A DNA stretch of 57,556 nucleotides, taken from IMG/VR virus record IMGVR_UViG_3300042868_002472, positions 1 to 57,556 of that record. The stretch is one strand, 5' to 3'. A model generated the notes under the pieces. The model did no database searches. It was not told the origin of the DNA and saw only the letters and a program-made list of their open reading frames with translations. Shown piece after piece: positions 37,812 through 46,528 of this stretch. Every line of letters begins with the position of its first letter. Position 1 is the stretch's first letter. The position numbers and the translations under genes were made by a program. The DNA is from a virus. Taxonomy: Duplodnaviria; Caudoviricetes.

Positions 37812-38453
37812 TTAAGCCTCCATCCTTTGAGCATTACGGTCAAGGATTTTAGATAGGTCTTCGCCGTTAAGAGTTTGAGCAGCGCGGTCATAAAAACCTT
37901 GCCACATTTGAATGCGTTCGTCTTGTTTTAAGAAAGGCGTTGCCTCAAGTAAGGCGCCATACGTCAATAAGTTTGGCGCAAAGTCGGTAATCCAATTTTG
38001 TTGATTTTCATCATCTAACAATGGGGGTAGTTCGTAGTATAGGATTTCAATGTTTTCTGCTGTAGCTGGAGTGGGCACAATTAGCCAGTGTTTATAGTCG
38101 TAGTCACAATAAAATTGAGGCGTACCAGTTTCACCCTCGTCTGGCCAATACGAGCGGCAATACTCGTAAGAACGAGTAAACAGTGGCGTACGCTCCGTTG
38201 TGCCGTAATTCATGGAAACGGTATCGCGCCAGCGATCTGGTTTAGGATAAACAGAGACCCCTGCTTGAAGGGTTGAGGTTACTACAGTTTGGAGTATTTG
38301 GACTTTTAGCTCGCGCGCGATACGTCGCTCAGCCATGTTAATTAGGCGAGGAATTTGCTCATAAACAAGCGGATCATCTTGTTCAGTGAAACCACGTTCG
38401 AGATAACGTCGAAGGTCTTGTTTCAATGAATCGAAAGTCATAACGTATGCCAT
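37812..38453 (-). CDS. head-tail adaptor (tail tubular A / gp4-like)
   Basis: IPRLINMAERRIARELK...PTP...YY...NWIT...LLTYGALLEA pattern. Confidence 0.65.
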   Translation of the reverse strand: MAYVMTFDSLKQDLRRYLERGFTEQDDPLVYEQIPRLINMAERRIARELKVQILQTVVTSTLQAGVSVYPKPDRWRDTVSMNYGTTERTPLFTRSYEYCRSYWPDEGETGTPQFYCDYDYKHWLIVPTPATAENIEILYYELPPLLDDENQQNWITDFAPNLLTYGALLEATPFLKQDERIQMWQGFYDRAAQTLNGEDLSKILDRNAQRMEA

Positions 38454-38524
38454 GTAAAATCCTTAGTTACATGACTACTTATACAGCAGTCGATTTTTTT
38501 GATAATTATAACCTAAAAACGCAA

Positions 38525-38974
38525 TTAGTAAATACTGTTAAATAATTGTGCCTCTGCTTTACGGCGTAGGTCTAGCCCTTTAAGCACCTTACCAGCGGCT
38601 TTATTATACTTGAGGAGACTTTGAATAGCACCGTCCTTATCTCCCCTATTAATCTTTTGACGCAAGGTTGATCGCTGAAGTGTACCAAGACCAAGATTAA
38701 AGCTAAAACTAACAAGAGCATCAAACTGACCCTGTGTAAGTCTTGCAGATATATAACGTGCAACCCCACGCTCAAATCGTGCGACATCCTTAGCCAATAG
38801 TGCGTCAATCTCTGCGGCCTCTAAATTCCTATTCCAGCTATCAGGTAAGCTAAGCCCATCACCGATAAGGTGCCCAACACCCACAGTCCAAAGACCAGCA
38901 GGGCAACGATACGGTTTACGTCTGACTCCCTCATACCGCTTGATTAAATCCAAACCTGCCTGAGACGTCTTCAT
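38525..38974 (-). CDS. endolysin, GH24 (T4 lysozyme-like)
   Basis: E-x8-C-x5-T catalytic triad (YEG...YRCPAGLWTVGVGH), QGQFDALVSFSFNLG and GLDLRRKAE. Confidence 0.9.
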   Translation of the reverse strand: MKTSQAGLDLIKRYEGVRRKPYRCPAGLWTVGVGHLIGDGLSLPDSWNRNLEAAEIDALLAKDVARFERGVARYISARLTQGQFDALVSFSFNLGLGTLQRSTLRQKINRGDKDGAIQSLLKYNKAAGKVLKGLDLRRKAEAQLFNSIY

Positions 38975-39456
38975 TTTTTACCAAATGCTTGAGTTCCAAA
39001 CCAAAATGAGACAACCGACGCCCAGATAATCTGAGTGTCGTCGTCCCATAGTAGATTAATTACCGTTGAATACTCTGCGCCTGTCTTTACTGCGTAATAA
39101 CAGCCAAATAAATCAATAAACACAAGAAGACCAAACAGCCCGTAAGTGATAACCGGACGAACCATCGCTCTTGCATTAATAACCCATGTGCTCGCGCCTT
39201 TACCGATTTCAATGTCGTGCGCATATAAGGCAGTACGCTCTTGAGCTTGTGTAGTAAGTTGAATTTCATCATACTTGATCTCCTCTAGTTCTTTTTTTAA
39301 TGTGAAGCCTGCTTTTTGTAACTCCAACTGCTGCGTAAACTGCAATTGCGCCATTTGAATTTCATGCTTGTTGTCTGAGCGGTTTTGAAAGAAGTCTAAT
39401 AGTTTAGGCATACCACCAGACAAGAAGCTAACAACTGTGGTTAATAGAGTAAACAT
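38971..39456 (-). CDS. putative holin
   Basis: Hydrophobic helices, VRPVITY and SFWFG motifs. Adjacent to the endolysin. Confidence 0.65.
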   Translation of the reverse strand: MFTLLTTVVSFLSGGMPKLLDFFQNRSDNKHEIQMAQLQFTQQLELQKAGFTLKKELEEIKYDEIQLTTQAQERTALYAHDIEIGKGASTWVINARAMVRPVITYGLFGLLVFIDLFGCYYAVKTGAEYSTVINLLWDDDTQIIWASVVSFWFGTQAFGKK

Positions 39457-39725
39457 TATTTGCTCCTTTGTTTTTCACGTTCTTCGATTAGCTTAACTTG
39501 TACCTGTAGCTCGCTAATTTTTTCCATTAAGTCTTCTTTCATATTAGCTCTACGTTCAGCGCTAATGGGGCTATCAGTAGGAACGCCTTGCTCTGTAATG
39601 AGAATAGGCATCTTAGACTTGATGTTGATAAGGTCTGCTTGCATAGCGTTTACGCTGCTAATCATCCAGCCTATGGCGGCCACGATGACTGGAAATGCCA
39701 TCTGAATTAATTTTTCAAAATTCAT
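39456..39725 (-). CDS. membrane-anchored coiled-coil protein (lysis cassette)
   Basis: N-terminal hydrophobic helix followed by a coiled coil. Confidence 0.55.
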   Translation of the reverse strand: MNFEKLIQMAFPVIVAAIGWMISSVNAMQADLINIKSKMPILITEQGVPTDSPISAERRANMKEDLMEKISELQVQVKLIEEREKQRSK

Positions 39726-39958
39726 GTTGGCCTACGTTTTTCTAGTATGTCAAAGACGCGCTCGATGGCATTCTTTAAATCTTTCACATCCTGGCGGTAA
39801 TCGTCTTTAGAGACGTAATCCTTGGGTAACTCTTCGCGTAGCTTTGCTAGATCGGCTTTTAATTCTTGCGACGCTGTCCATAGCATCCGCAGCACCCATC
39901 CAAAGACTGAGCCAGTCCCCATGATGACGATATTTACTAGTCCTTGTTCCATGTTCAA
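39722..39958 (-). CDS. membrane-anchored coiled-coil protein (lysis cassette)
   Basis: N-terminal TM helix and LPKDYVSKDDY motif. Confidence 0.55.
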   Translation of the reverse strand: MNMEQGLVNIVIMGTGSVFGWVLRMLWTASQELKADLAKLREELPKDYVSKDDYRQDVKDLKNAIERVFDILEKRRPT

Positions 39959-40722
39959 CCCTTCAGCGTCTTATTTAATTTTGTCAAGTCTGCTTTTGTA
40001 TAAGCTTGATAACCGCCGCGTAAATTTGCTGGCATTGGTATCTCTACTATTTCAGCCCCTGATTCAGACGCTATCTGTTTTGCAACATCTTCAAATGACG
40101 TTGCCTCGCCAGTGCCAACATTCCATACACCTGACTCAGCAATATCAAAAAACTTCTTATGCACATCTATAACAGTCTCGACCGGCACAAAGTCACGCTT
40201 AAAGTTAGCGCTACCTTCAAACAACCGGATCTCACCCTGCTCAGCCTGCTTTCTAAATTTGCTATACGGTGAAGCTTGATCGCCCTTATGGTCCTCGTGC
40301 TTACCGTACACATTAAAATACCTAAAAAATTGTACCGTACTGGGCAGCTGTTGTAAATTATACTTTGTTTCTACCAGCAACTTGCTGTAAGCATACAGAG
40401 TATTGGGCACTGCTAAGTCTGTCTCTTTAAAGGTTGTGTTGTCTTTACCGTATACGCTAGCGCTAGAGGCCATCTGTATTGGTATGCGACGCTCTATGCA
40501 CTGATCAATTAAGTCATAGCTAAACATTATGTTCTGCGCCCTAAGCGCCTCTATGTCAGTGCACGATGTGCTGCTAATAGCGCCAAGGTGAATCACACGA
40601 TCTATGTTATCTAAACTGTATGGCTTATCGCCCCACTCGTACCCGGTCAAATCATGATCGGCCAATGCCTCCATCATGTTCTGCCCTATAAAGCCTTTAT
40701 GTCCCGTGACTAGGATACGCAT
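39955..40722 (-). CDS. hldD: ADP-L-glycero-D-manno-heptose 6-epimerase
   Basis: GHKGFIG NAD site, ASSASVYG and YAYSK. HldD-specific motifs FRYFNVYG.HEDHKG.QAS, LFEGS.NFKRDFV and YQAYTKADLTKL. Confidence 0.85.
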   Translation of the reverse strand: MRILVTGHKGFIGQNMMEALADHDLTGYEWGDKPYSLDNIDRVIHLGAISSTSCTDIEALRAQNIMFSYDLIDQCIERRIPIQMASSASVYGKDNTTFKETDLAVPNTLYAYSKLLVETKYNLQQLPSTVQFFRYFNVYGKHEDHKGDQASPYSKFRKQAEQGEIRLFEGSANFKRDFVPVETVIDVHKKFFDIAESGVWNVGTGEATSFEDVAKQIASESGAEIVEIPMPANLRGGYQAYTKADLTKLNKTLKG

Positions 40723-41414
40723 ACGGCGCCTAGCTTAGTGCAAGACTCTGCTGCCTTCTTATTAGCGTAAGTCAAAGCTTTTCCCATAGTGTCGGTTCTT
40801 AAGTGCTCTGCTACCATCGCGGCTAGGAATACATCCCCAGCACCACACACGTCCACTACATCAATCTGCTCTACTGGGTACTCTATGCCTGTATAGATGC
40901 ATCCCCTAGCCCCTCTAGTCACCACGTAGTTGTCGTTGAGTGACTGTGCATTGTGGTACTCTATTTCATTAATTTTAAGCATGATCCCGTTAAACTTCGC
41001 TAAGTCTGTCTTTTTGGTGTCCATGTACATTGAACCGCCGAAGGTATTGCGTATTGCCCTCACCGCTTCCGTTGTAATGAACCCCTTGTTATAATCTGAT
41101 ATTACTATCGCATCGTAATCGTATTTCTCTTGTGGCACATAAGGCGCACAGATTACGTCTTCATCTACTCTAAGTAAGTGGTCGCCTGTTCGCATGTCTA
41201 TAAATCTAACCTTGCGCGAAATCTTATCTGGTACCACTAAATCCACTTCTATGCCAAATGAACGTAGGTTGTCAGCCACATTATAGGCCATCCCTAGGCG
41301 TTCGTCTTTCTTCACAAAACTCAGTAGCTGGGCAGTAGACTCAGGATTAATCCTGTTTATCACGCCATAACGGTACTCGTCTATACACGCATCACCAATT
41401 ACCAAGACTCGCAT
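40710..41414 (-). CDS. hldA: D-glycero-D-manno-heptose-7-phosphate kinase (PfkB family, HldE N-domain-like)
   Basis: [12 protein letters not shown]...RINPE, ISDYNKG and DVCGAGDVF. Confidence 0.8.
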   Translation of the reverse strand: MRVLVIGDACIDEYRYGVINRINPESTAQLLSFVKKDERLGMAYNVADNLRSFGIEVDLVVPDKISRKVRFIDMRTGDHLLRVDEDVICAPYVPQEKYDYDAIVISDYNKGFITTEAVRAIRNTFGGSMYMDTKKTDLAKFNGIMLKINEIEYHNAQSLNDNYVVTRGARGCIYTGIEYPVEQIDVVDVCGAGDVFLAAMVAEHLRTDTMGKALTYANKKAAESCTKLGAVCVS

Positions 41415-41764
41415 TGACTGTCTCCAGGCTCTACTCTGTAGTTGTCTTCTACGCTATCAGGGGTTGAGACCTCTATAATTGTCCCAGCTTCTAAACAAAT
41501 CAGTTGGTGTGGCACTAACGGTGGGTTATGCCAAGTGTCACTTGGATTAAGCGTAAACTCACTCCGACTTGCATCCCTAGTGTTAATTATCACTACCTTA
41601 AACTTGCCAGACTGGACATACCATGTCTCGTCCTTGGCTGAATGAAAGTGCATCGAGAACTTAGCGCCAGCATTAAAGTGCATCAGCTTGCCACAATACT
41701 TGTCATTCGTAGCCCAGATTAGCTCTGAACCCCAGCCCTTCTTTACAATTCCATCAAGTCGCAT
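41399..41764 (-). CDS. cupin-fold sugar isomerase-like protein
   Basis: KGWGSE, SMHFH..KDETWYV and PPLVPHQL metal-binding cupin motifs. Confidence 0.75.
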   Translation of the reverse strand: MRLDGIVKKGWGSELIWATNDKYCGKLMHFNAGAKFSMHFHSAKDETWYVQSGKFKVVIINTRDASRSEFTLNPSDTWHNPPLVPHQLICLEAGTIIEVSTPDSVEDNYRVEPGDSQCESW

Positions 41765-42126
41765 ATCATCTTCGTCGTTGAGTAACCCTTTAACATAGGC
41801 ATAATAATGACAGGCTTGCCACCACTCACCACCTGGTCCGGCTTATAATCGCCGCCCTTAACTACTACGTCTGGATCAATCCGCTTAATCAACTCTAGCG
41901 GTGTATCTTCATCAAAGATAATTACTTCATCTACATAGCGCAACGCTAGCAGCATTGCCTTCCTGTCTTCCTGATTGTTAATAGGCCTTGTTTCGCCTTT
42001 TAAACGCTTGACCGATGCGTCAGAATTCAACCCTACCACTAGACTGCCAATCTTGGCGGCTTCTTTTAAGTACTCTATGTGGCCTCTATGCAGGATGTCA
42101 AAGCACCCGTTAGTAAATACTATCAT
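41743..42126 (-). CDS. hldC: heptose-1-phosphate adenylyltransferase (HldE C-domain-like)
   Basis: [43 protein letters not shown] and GYSTT. Confidence 0.88.
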   Translation of the reverse strand: MIVFTNGCFDILHRGHIEYLKEAAKIGSLVVGLNSDASVKRLKGETRPINNQEDRKAMLLALRYVDEVIIFDEDTPLELIKRIDPDVVVKGGDYKPDQVVSGGKPVIIMPMLKGYSTTKMICDLMEL

Positions 42127-42530
42127 CTTTTGTTGATCTCGTGCATAATCAATGAGACCTCTTCGTCCACTAACATGCCCTCTGGCACAACCACATCAAC
42201 AATCGTTGGCGGCTCAAATAACTTGTTCGTATCAGCAAAGCGACCTTCGTCTATGCGGTCAACCCATATAATAAAGGCTTCCCCAAAGGCTCTGCGTGTC
42301 TCGCTAGTAGGGCAAACAAAGTCTGCAATCACATGCTCTGTCTCAGCTGCATCACATAACTCACCTAGTCTCGTTGCTTGACGTATCCTGCCCTCTACCG
42401 AGAAGTCCCAGTCATCGTGCAGCCGTCTTGCGTCATCGGCATTGTAGTGCGTAGCCTTTAACCGCTTCGCTAATGCTTTAGCTAGCGTTGTTTTACCAGC
42501 GCCAGGTAGTCCCATAATCAGTATTTTCAT
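42123..42530 (-). CDS. adenylylsulfate (APS) kinase-like P-loop protein
   Basis: [31 protein letters not shown] and FEPP. Shorter than cellular CysC. Confidence 0.65.
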   Translation of the reverse strand: MKILIMGLPGAGKTTLAKALAKRLKATHYNADDARRLHDDWDFSVEGRIRQATRLGELCDAAETEHVIADFVCPTSETRRAFGEAFIIWVDRIDEGRFADTNKLFEPPTIVDVVVPEGMLVDEEVSLIMHEINKR

Positions 42531-43105
42531 AGCTTGCGTATTGCTATCTGATATCCATTACCTAGTTGTTCTACAGCTACCTTATCCCAGTAGCAGTTTA
42601 AGAAGCTGTCCACCGCTAGCTTAGGGTTATCCTGTAACCGTTCTTGGCGCCAAGCAATGCAGTCATCGCATAGTAGGATGCCACCGTCGTTGAGTAGATT
42701 GAACCCCATAACGAGGTCTTCTAGCACGGCTGCAGCTCTATGGTCGCCATCAATGTAAATCAAGTCAGCCTTCACGCCACGAGTGTATAACTCCAGTAGC
42801 GCGTCCTTAGAGGTCATCTGCATAAACTCGATGTTGCCTTTATGCTCGAACTCTTCTAGGTTAGCTTTAAATATTACTTCAGCTTCGTTGACCACCTCGT
42901 TAGGTAAGTCGGCTGATGCACCAAACGGATCAATCGCATAGTGCTTATACTCTGGGTAACGCTTAACCATCTCTTGAGTTAGGTTGAAGGTCGTGTTGCC
43001 CTCAAACAATCCTATCTCTATAACTACTTTCGGAACTCCAAATCTACTTACCAAACTTGTAATACTTTGCTGCGCGTACTCGTGAAACAGCACGGTGAAT
43101 TTCAT
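42527..43105 (-). CDS. class I SAM-dependent methyltransferase (Methyltransf_24-like)
   Basis: VIEIGLFEG, AIDPF, DLIYIDGDH and GGILLCDD. Confidence 0.85.
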   Translation of the reverse strand: MKFTVLFHEYAQQSITSLVSRFGVPKVVIEIGLFEGNTTFNLTQEMVKRYPEYKHYAIDPFGASADLPNEVVNEAEVIFKANLEEFEHKGNIEFMQMTSKDALLELYTRGVKADLIYIDGDHRAAAVLEDLVMGFNLLNDGGILLCDDCIAWRQERLQDNPKLAVDSFLNCYWDKVAVEQLGNGYQIAIRKL

Positions 43106-43798
43106 TTATTTCTCCAAGTTGTCGTTACGTTCCGTTGTGCGTCCAGCTTTCGGACGGTTTAATATTGTTGTCTCTGCACCCTTTTCATCGTAAGCATAGA
43201 TGCCCATTTGATGGATAGGAAAAATGTCAGCCCTCAATAATATATCAAGTGGAGCGCAGATACCATACTTTAAGACATGCGCTAACATGTTCTTGGCTAC
43301 CGCAGGGTCGATTGCATAAGCGTGTGCGCGACAGATAAAGTGGTAGTTAGGACCTTCTGATGCGTGTGGTGGCGTAGGAAAGACTCCCCAGCCTTGTTTT
43401 ACTTGTTCGTGTGAGCCTAGGAAGCAGATGGAGTTATAAACGCCATGTTGGGTAAAGGCTTGGGTCATTACGGAGTCATGCTCTAGAACGATAAGAGGCT
43501 TGTCTTGTTCTACGCACTTAGCCCATAGACTGATATGTGAAAGAGCGCAGGCAACCTCTCCACGGGTTAGGTAGTGGTCTGTCACCTTAATCATCTTCAT
43601 CACGCTATTGTGATGGGCTGGTGGCTGTATTTCACCAGAGAGACCGTTGTAGGCTTCCCAGTATTCCCAAGGCTGACCCACGGTATCGCATGAGTCTGAA
43701 CATCTTTTTGCTTGTGTCTCAGAGTTTTGATTGCCAGCGACTCTGATGATGTACGCCTTGTCTACGACAGTGTCGTAGCTAAAAAATAGGGATTTCAC
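43106..43798 (-). CDS. glycosyltransferase family 25-like
   Basis: GEVACALSHISLW, IVLEHD, AHAYAIDP..AK and PLD. Confidence 0.8.
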   Translation of the reverse strand: MKSLFFSYDTVVDKAYIIRVAGNQNSETQAKRCSDSCDTVGQPWEYWEAYNGLSGEIQPPAHHNSVMKMIKVTDHYLTRGEVACALSHISLWAKCVEQDKPLIVLEHDSVMTQAFTQHGVYNSICFLGSHEQVKQGWGVFPTPPHASEGPNYHFICRAHAYAIDPAVAKNMLAHVLKYGICAPLDILLRADIFPIHQMGIYAYDEKGAETTILNRPKAGRTTERNDNLEK

Positions 43799-43808
43799 CC
43801 TTTTCTCC

Positions 43809-46085
43809 TTAAGTTGTTAGTGCCCCACATTGATAATAGCTAGATCCTTGAGTAACGGCTGACCAGTTAGTATTGCTTCCTAATTGTACAGGTGATGAGC
43901 GTTTTACTAAGTCATCAAATCCGCTGGTTCCACTTATTCCACCGCCCCATGACCATAATGTACCGTCAGTTTTTATGGCTATTGACTGTGATAAATTCCC
44001 AGAAACCTTAGACCATGTAGTTAAAGCCCCCACCTGCACAGGAGATGAACGAGCAATAGTATCATTTTGCCCTAACTGCCCATAGTTGTTTCTACCCCAT
44101 GACCATAACGTACCATCTGTTTTAATTGCAAGAACCCCAGCATACGCCGCTTCTACAGTTAACCATGTGGTTAATGCGCCAACTTGTACGGGTGATGAGC
44201 GATTTACTGTATCATTTTTGCCTAACTGACCATTTCCATTAATTCCCCATGTCCAAAGTGTTCCATCGGTTTTTGTAGCGATGGTAAAATAATCGCCAGC
44301 GCTAACTGACAACCAAGTAGTTCCAGCACCAATCTGCGTTGGAGATGAACGATTAACTACATCATTTTGACCTGTTTGACCGTTATTTGCAGATCCCCAA
44401 GACCAAAGCGTACCATCAGTTTTAATCGCAGCGCCATGAAGATAACCATTAGATATTTTTAACCATGTAGTTAAAGCGCCAATTTGAACTGGAGACGACC
44501 TATTAATTACAGTGCCATCACCTACTTGACCAGAAATATTGTGTCCCCACGCCCAAAGTGTGCCATTTGTTTTTACAGCTGTTACGAATGCATATCCAGA
44601 ATATACGTTTGACCAATTAGTATCTGTACCAACTTGAGCTATTGCAGACCTATATACAATATTATTTTGAGCTAGTTGGCCTGTACCATTTCGACCAGCA
44701 GTCCATAAAGTTCCATTAGATTTAATTCCCGCCATGAAATTTGTACCGTAAGAAACAATACTCCATGAAGTTTGACTACTAACTTGTACTGGTGAGGAGC
44801 GATTGATAAGATCACCTTGAGCTAATTGTCCATTTTCATTAGATCCCCAAGCAAACAAGTTAGACGCTTCTAGGGATGGGACGTTGAAAGCGCCCAAATT
44901 ATCACCGCCGCCATAAGGTGTTGTCCATGTAGCAAGCGGTCCTACTTGAACTGGGGACGATACATTTACAGCAACAGCTATATTTTGAGCTAATTGTCCC
45001 CAATCATTCCTGCCCCATGACCACAAAGCGCCACTCGAATTAACCGCAAATAAAGAATAGTCAGAGGCGCCCATCTGCGACCATGTATTTAATGTTCCTA
45101 TTTGAATAGGAGAAGAGCGATTAACTATATCATTTTGACCTAATTGACCATACGCATTACTTCCCCACGCCCATATAGTTCCATTTGTTTGTATAGCCGC
45201 AGCGAAAGCCCCTCCGTTATAAACTTTAGACCACGTAGTTAATGCACCTACTTGAACAGGTGATGAACGATTAACTCTATCGTTTTGACCTAACTCACCA
45301 CTAGCATTACTTCCCCAAGACCAAAGAGTACCATTTGTTTTAACAGCAAATGAACTATTGCTAGCGGCTAAACTAGCCCAGTTTGTATCAGATCCTACTT
45401 GTACTGGAGAGGAGCGATGAACCGTGCTGGCTATATTTTGGCCTAACTGCCCGTTATTATTTCTACCCCAAGACCACAATGTCCCATCTGTTTTTATGGC
45501 TAGCGCGTGATTTGATCCTACAGCAGGGATTGACCAATTAGTTAGGGCGCCAATTTGTACGGGTGATGAACGATTAACTCTATCGTTTTGACCTAACTCA
45601 CCGCTATTGTTATAACCCCATGACCATATTGTTCCATCTGTTTTAGTTGATATAGATGCAAGTGATGCTGAGATATTAGCCCAATTAGTCAATGCTCCAA
45701 CTTGTACTGGTGATGAACGATTAATTGTCGTGTTGTCACCTAGTTGGCCATAAGCATTATATCCCCATGCCCATAGTGCCCCACTAGAATTTATGGCAAA
45801 CGTTGTATAGTATACCGACAGTTTTTTCCAATTTGTTGACGATCCTACTTGAACAGGTGACGAGCGGCTTACTAAGTCATTTTGAGCCAAGGAACCAAAT
45901 TGATTTCCACCAGCAACATATATTGCTCTAGGGATAATAGGCTTAGGCCACGTACCCTGCTTGACGTATCCGCTAGCTTGTTCTAATGTCCAAACGCCAG
46001 GCGCACTACCACCTTCCCCATCCGTTGGGCCAACCACTACAGGTGCTGAACGGTTTATTAGACCGCCTGGATAACGTTGTGACAT
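43809..46085 (-). CDS. RCC1/BLIP-II repeat protein, 14 blades (two propellers)
   Basis: 14 repeats of AIKTDGTLWSWGxNxxGQLGQNDxVNRSSPVQVG. Confidence 0.9.
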   Translation of the reverse strand: MSQRYPGGLINRSAPVVVGPTDGEGGSAPGVWTLEQASGYVKQGTWPKPIIPRAIYVAGGNQFGSLAQNDLVSRSSPVQVGSSTNWKKLSVYYTTFAINSSGALWAWGYNAYGQLGDNTTINRSSPVQVGALTNWANISASLASISTKTDGTIWSWGYNNSGELGQNDRVNRSSPVQIGALTNWSIPAVGSNHALAIKTDGTLWSWGRNNNGQLGQNIASTVHRSSPVQVGSDTNWASLAASNSSFAVKTNGTLWSWGSNASGELGQNDRVNRSSPVQVGALTTWSKVYNGGAFAAAIQTNGTIWAWGSNAYGQLGQNDIVNRSSPIQIGTLNTWSQMGASDYSLFAVNSSGALWSWGRNDWGQLAQNIAVAVNVSSPVQVGPLATWTTPYGGGDNLGAFNVPSLEASNLFAWGSNENGQLAQGDLINRSSPVQVSSQTSWSIVSYGTNFMAGIKSNGTLWTAGRNGTGQLAQNNIVYRSAIAQVGTDTNWSNVYSGYAFVTAVKTNGTLWAWGHNISGQVGDGTVINRSSPVQIGALTTWLKISNGYLHGAAIKTDGTLWSWGSANNGQTGQNDVVNRSSPTQIGAGTTWLSVSAGDYFTIATKTDGTLWTWGINGNGQLGKNDTVNRSSPVQVGALTTWLTVEAAYAGVLAIKTDGTLWSWGRNNYGQLGQNDTIARSSPVQVGALTTWSKVSGNLSQSIAIKTDGTLWSWGGGISGTSGFDDLVKRSSPVQLGSNTNWSAVTQGSSYYQCGALTT

Positions 46086-46099
46086 AAGAACTCCCTAAC

Positions 46100-46519
46100 T
46101 TATAGTACGTCTAAATCTTCGTGTGTTGTTGCGCCTGCAATGTCAGCTAACTTAGCATCCAATGTAGCTTTAGCTGTTGCCACACGAGCAGCGTCATATG
46201 TTTCTGCTGGGTTGTCATTGATTTGCTTTTGTGTCTCTTCGTTAACAACACGTTGGAACTCGCCTTTAGCGGCGCCAACTAAACCACCTTTGCGGTCATC
46301 CACGGTCAATGCAACCTTGTGCCAGATGATTTCGGCTGGTGTTTTGTCTGCATCGATAGTGTGGTGTGAGATGTACTCACGGTTAGGAACTAGGTCTGGA
46401 TGAATCTCAATGGCTGCTTTCCAACCAGCTTCTGTCTCTACTGGTGGTTGTGTGTCCCATACTTGTGTTACGTTGCCATCTTGGACGCGAATCCAGTAGC
46501 CTTGTTTTACTGTTGACAT
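46100..46519 (-). CDS. putative tail-fibre assembly/chaperone-like protein
   Basis: 139 aa ending IAGATTHEDLDVL, typical of fibre-associated small proteins. Strong AGGAG RBS. Confidence 0.45.
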   Translation of the reverse strand: MSTVKQGYWIRVQDGNVTQVWDTQPPVETEAGWKAAIEIHPDLVPNREYISHHTIDADKTPAEIIWHKVALTVDDRKGGLVGAAKGEFQRVVNEETQKQINDNPAETYDAARVATAKATLDAKLADIAGATTHEDLDVL

Positions 46520-46528
46520 AATAATCTC

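Noticed and set aside
38525-38974. Cys in place of the catalytic Asp in the endolysin as a novelty
   Set aside because: E-x8-C-x5-T is a known GH24 variant, for example in P1 Lyz.
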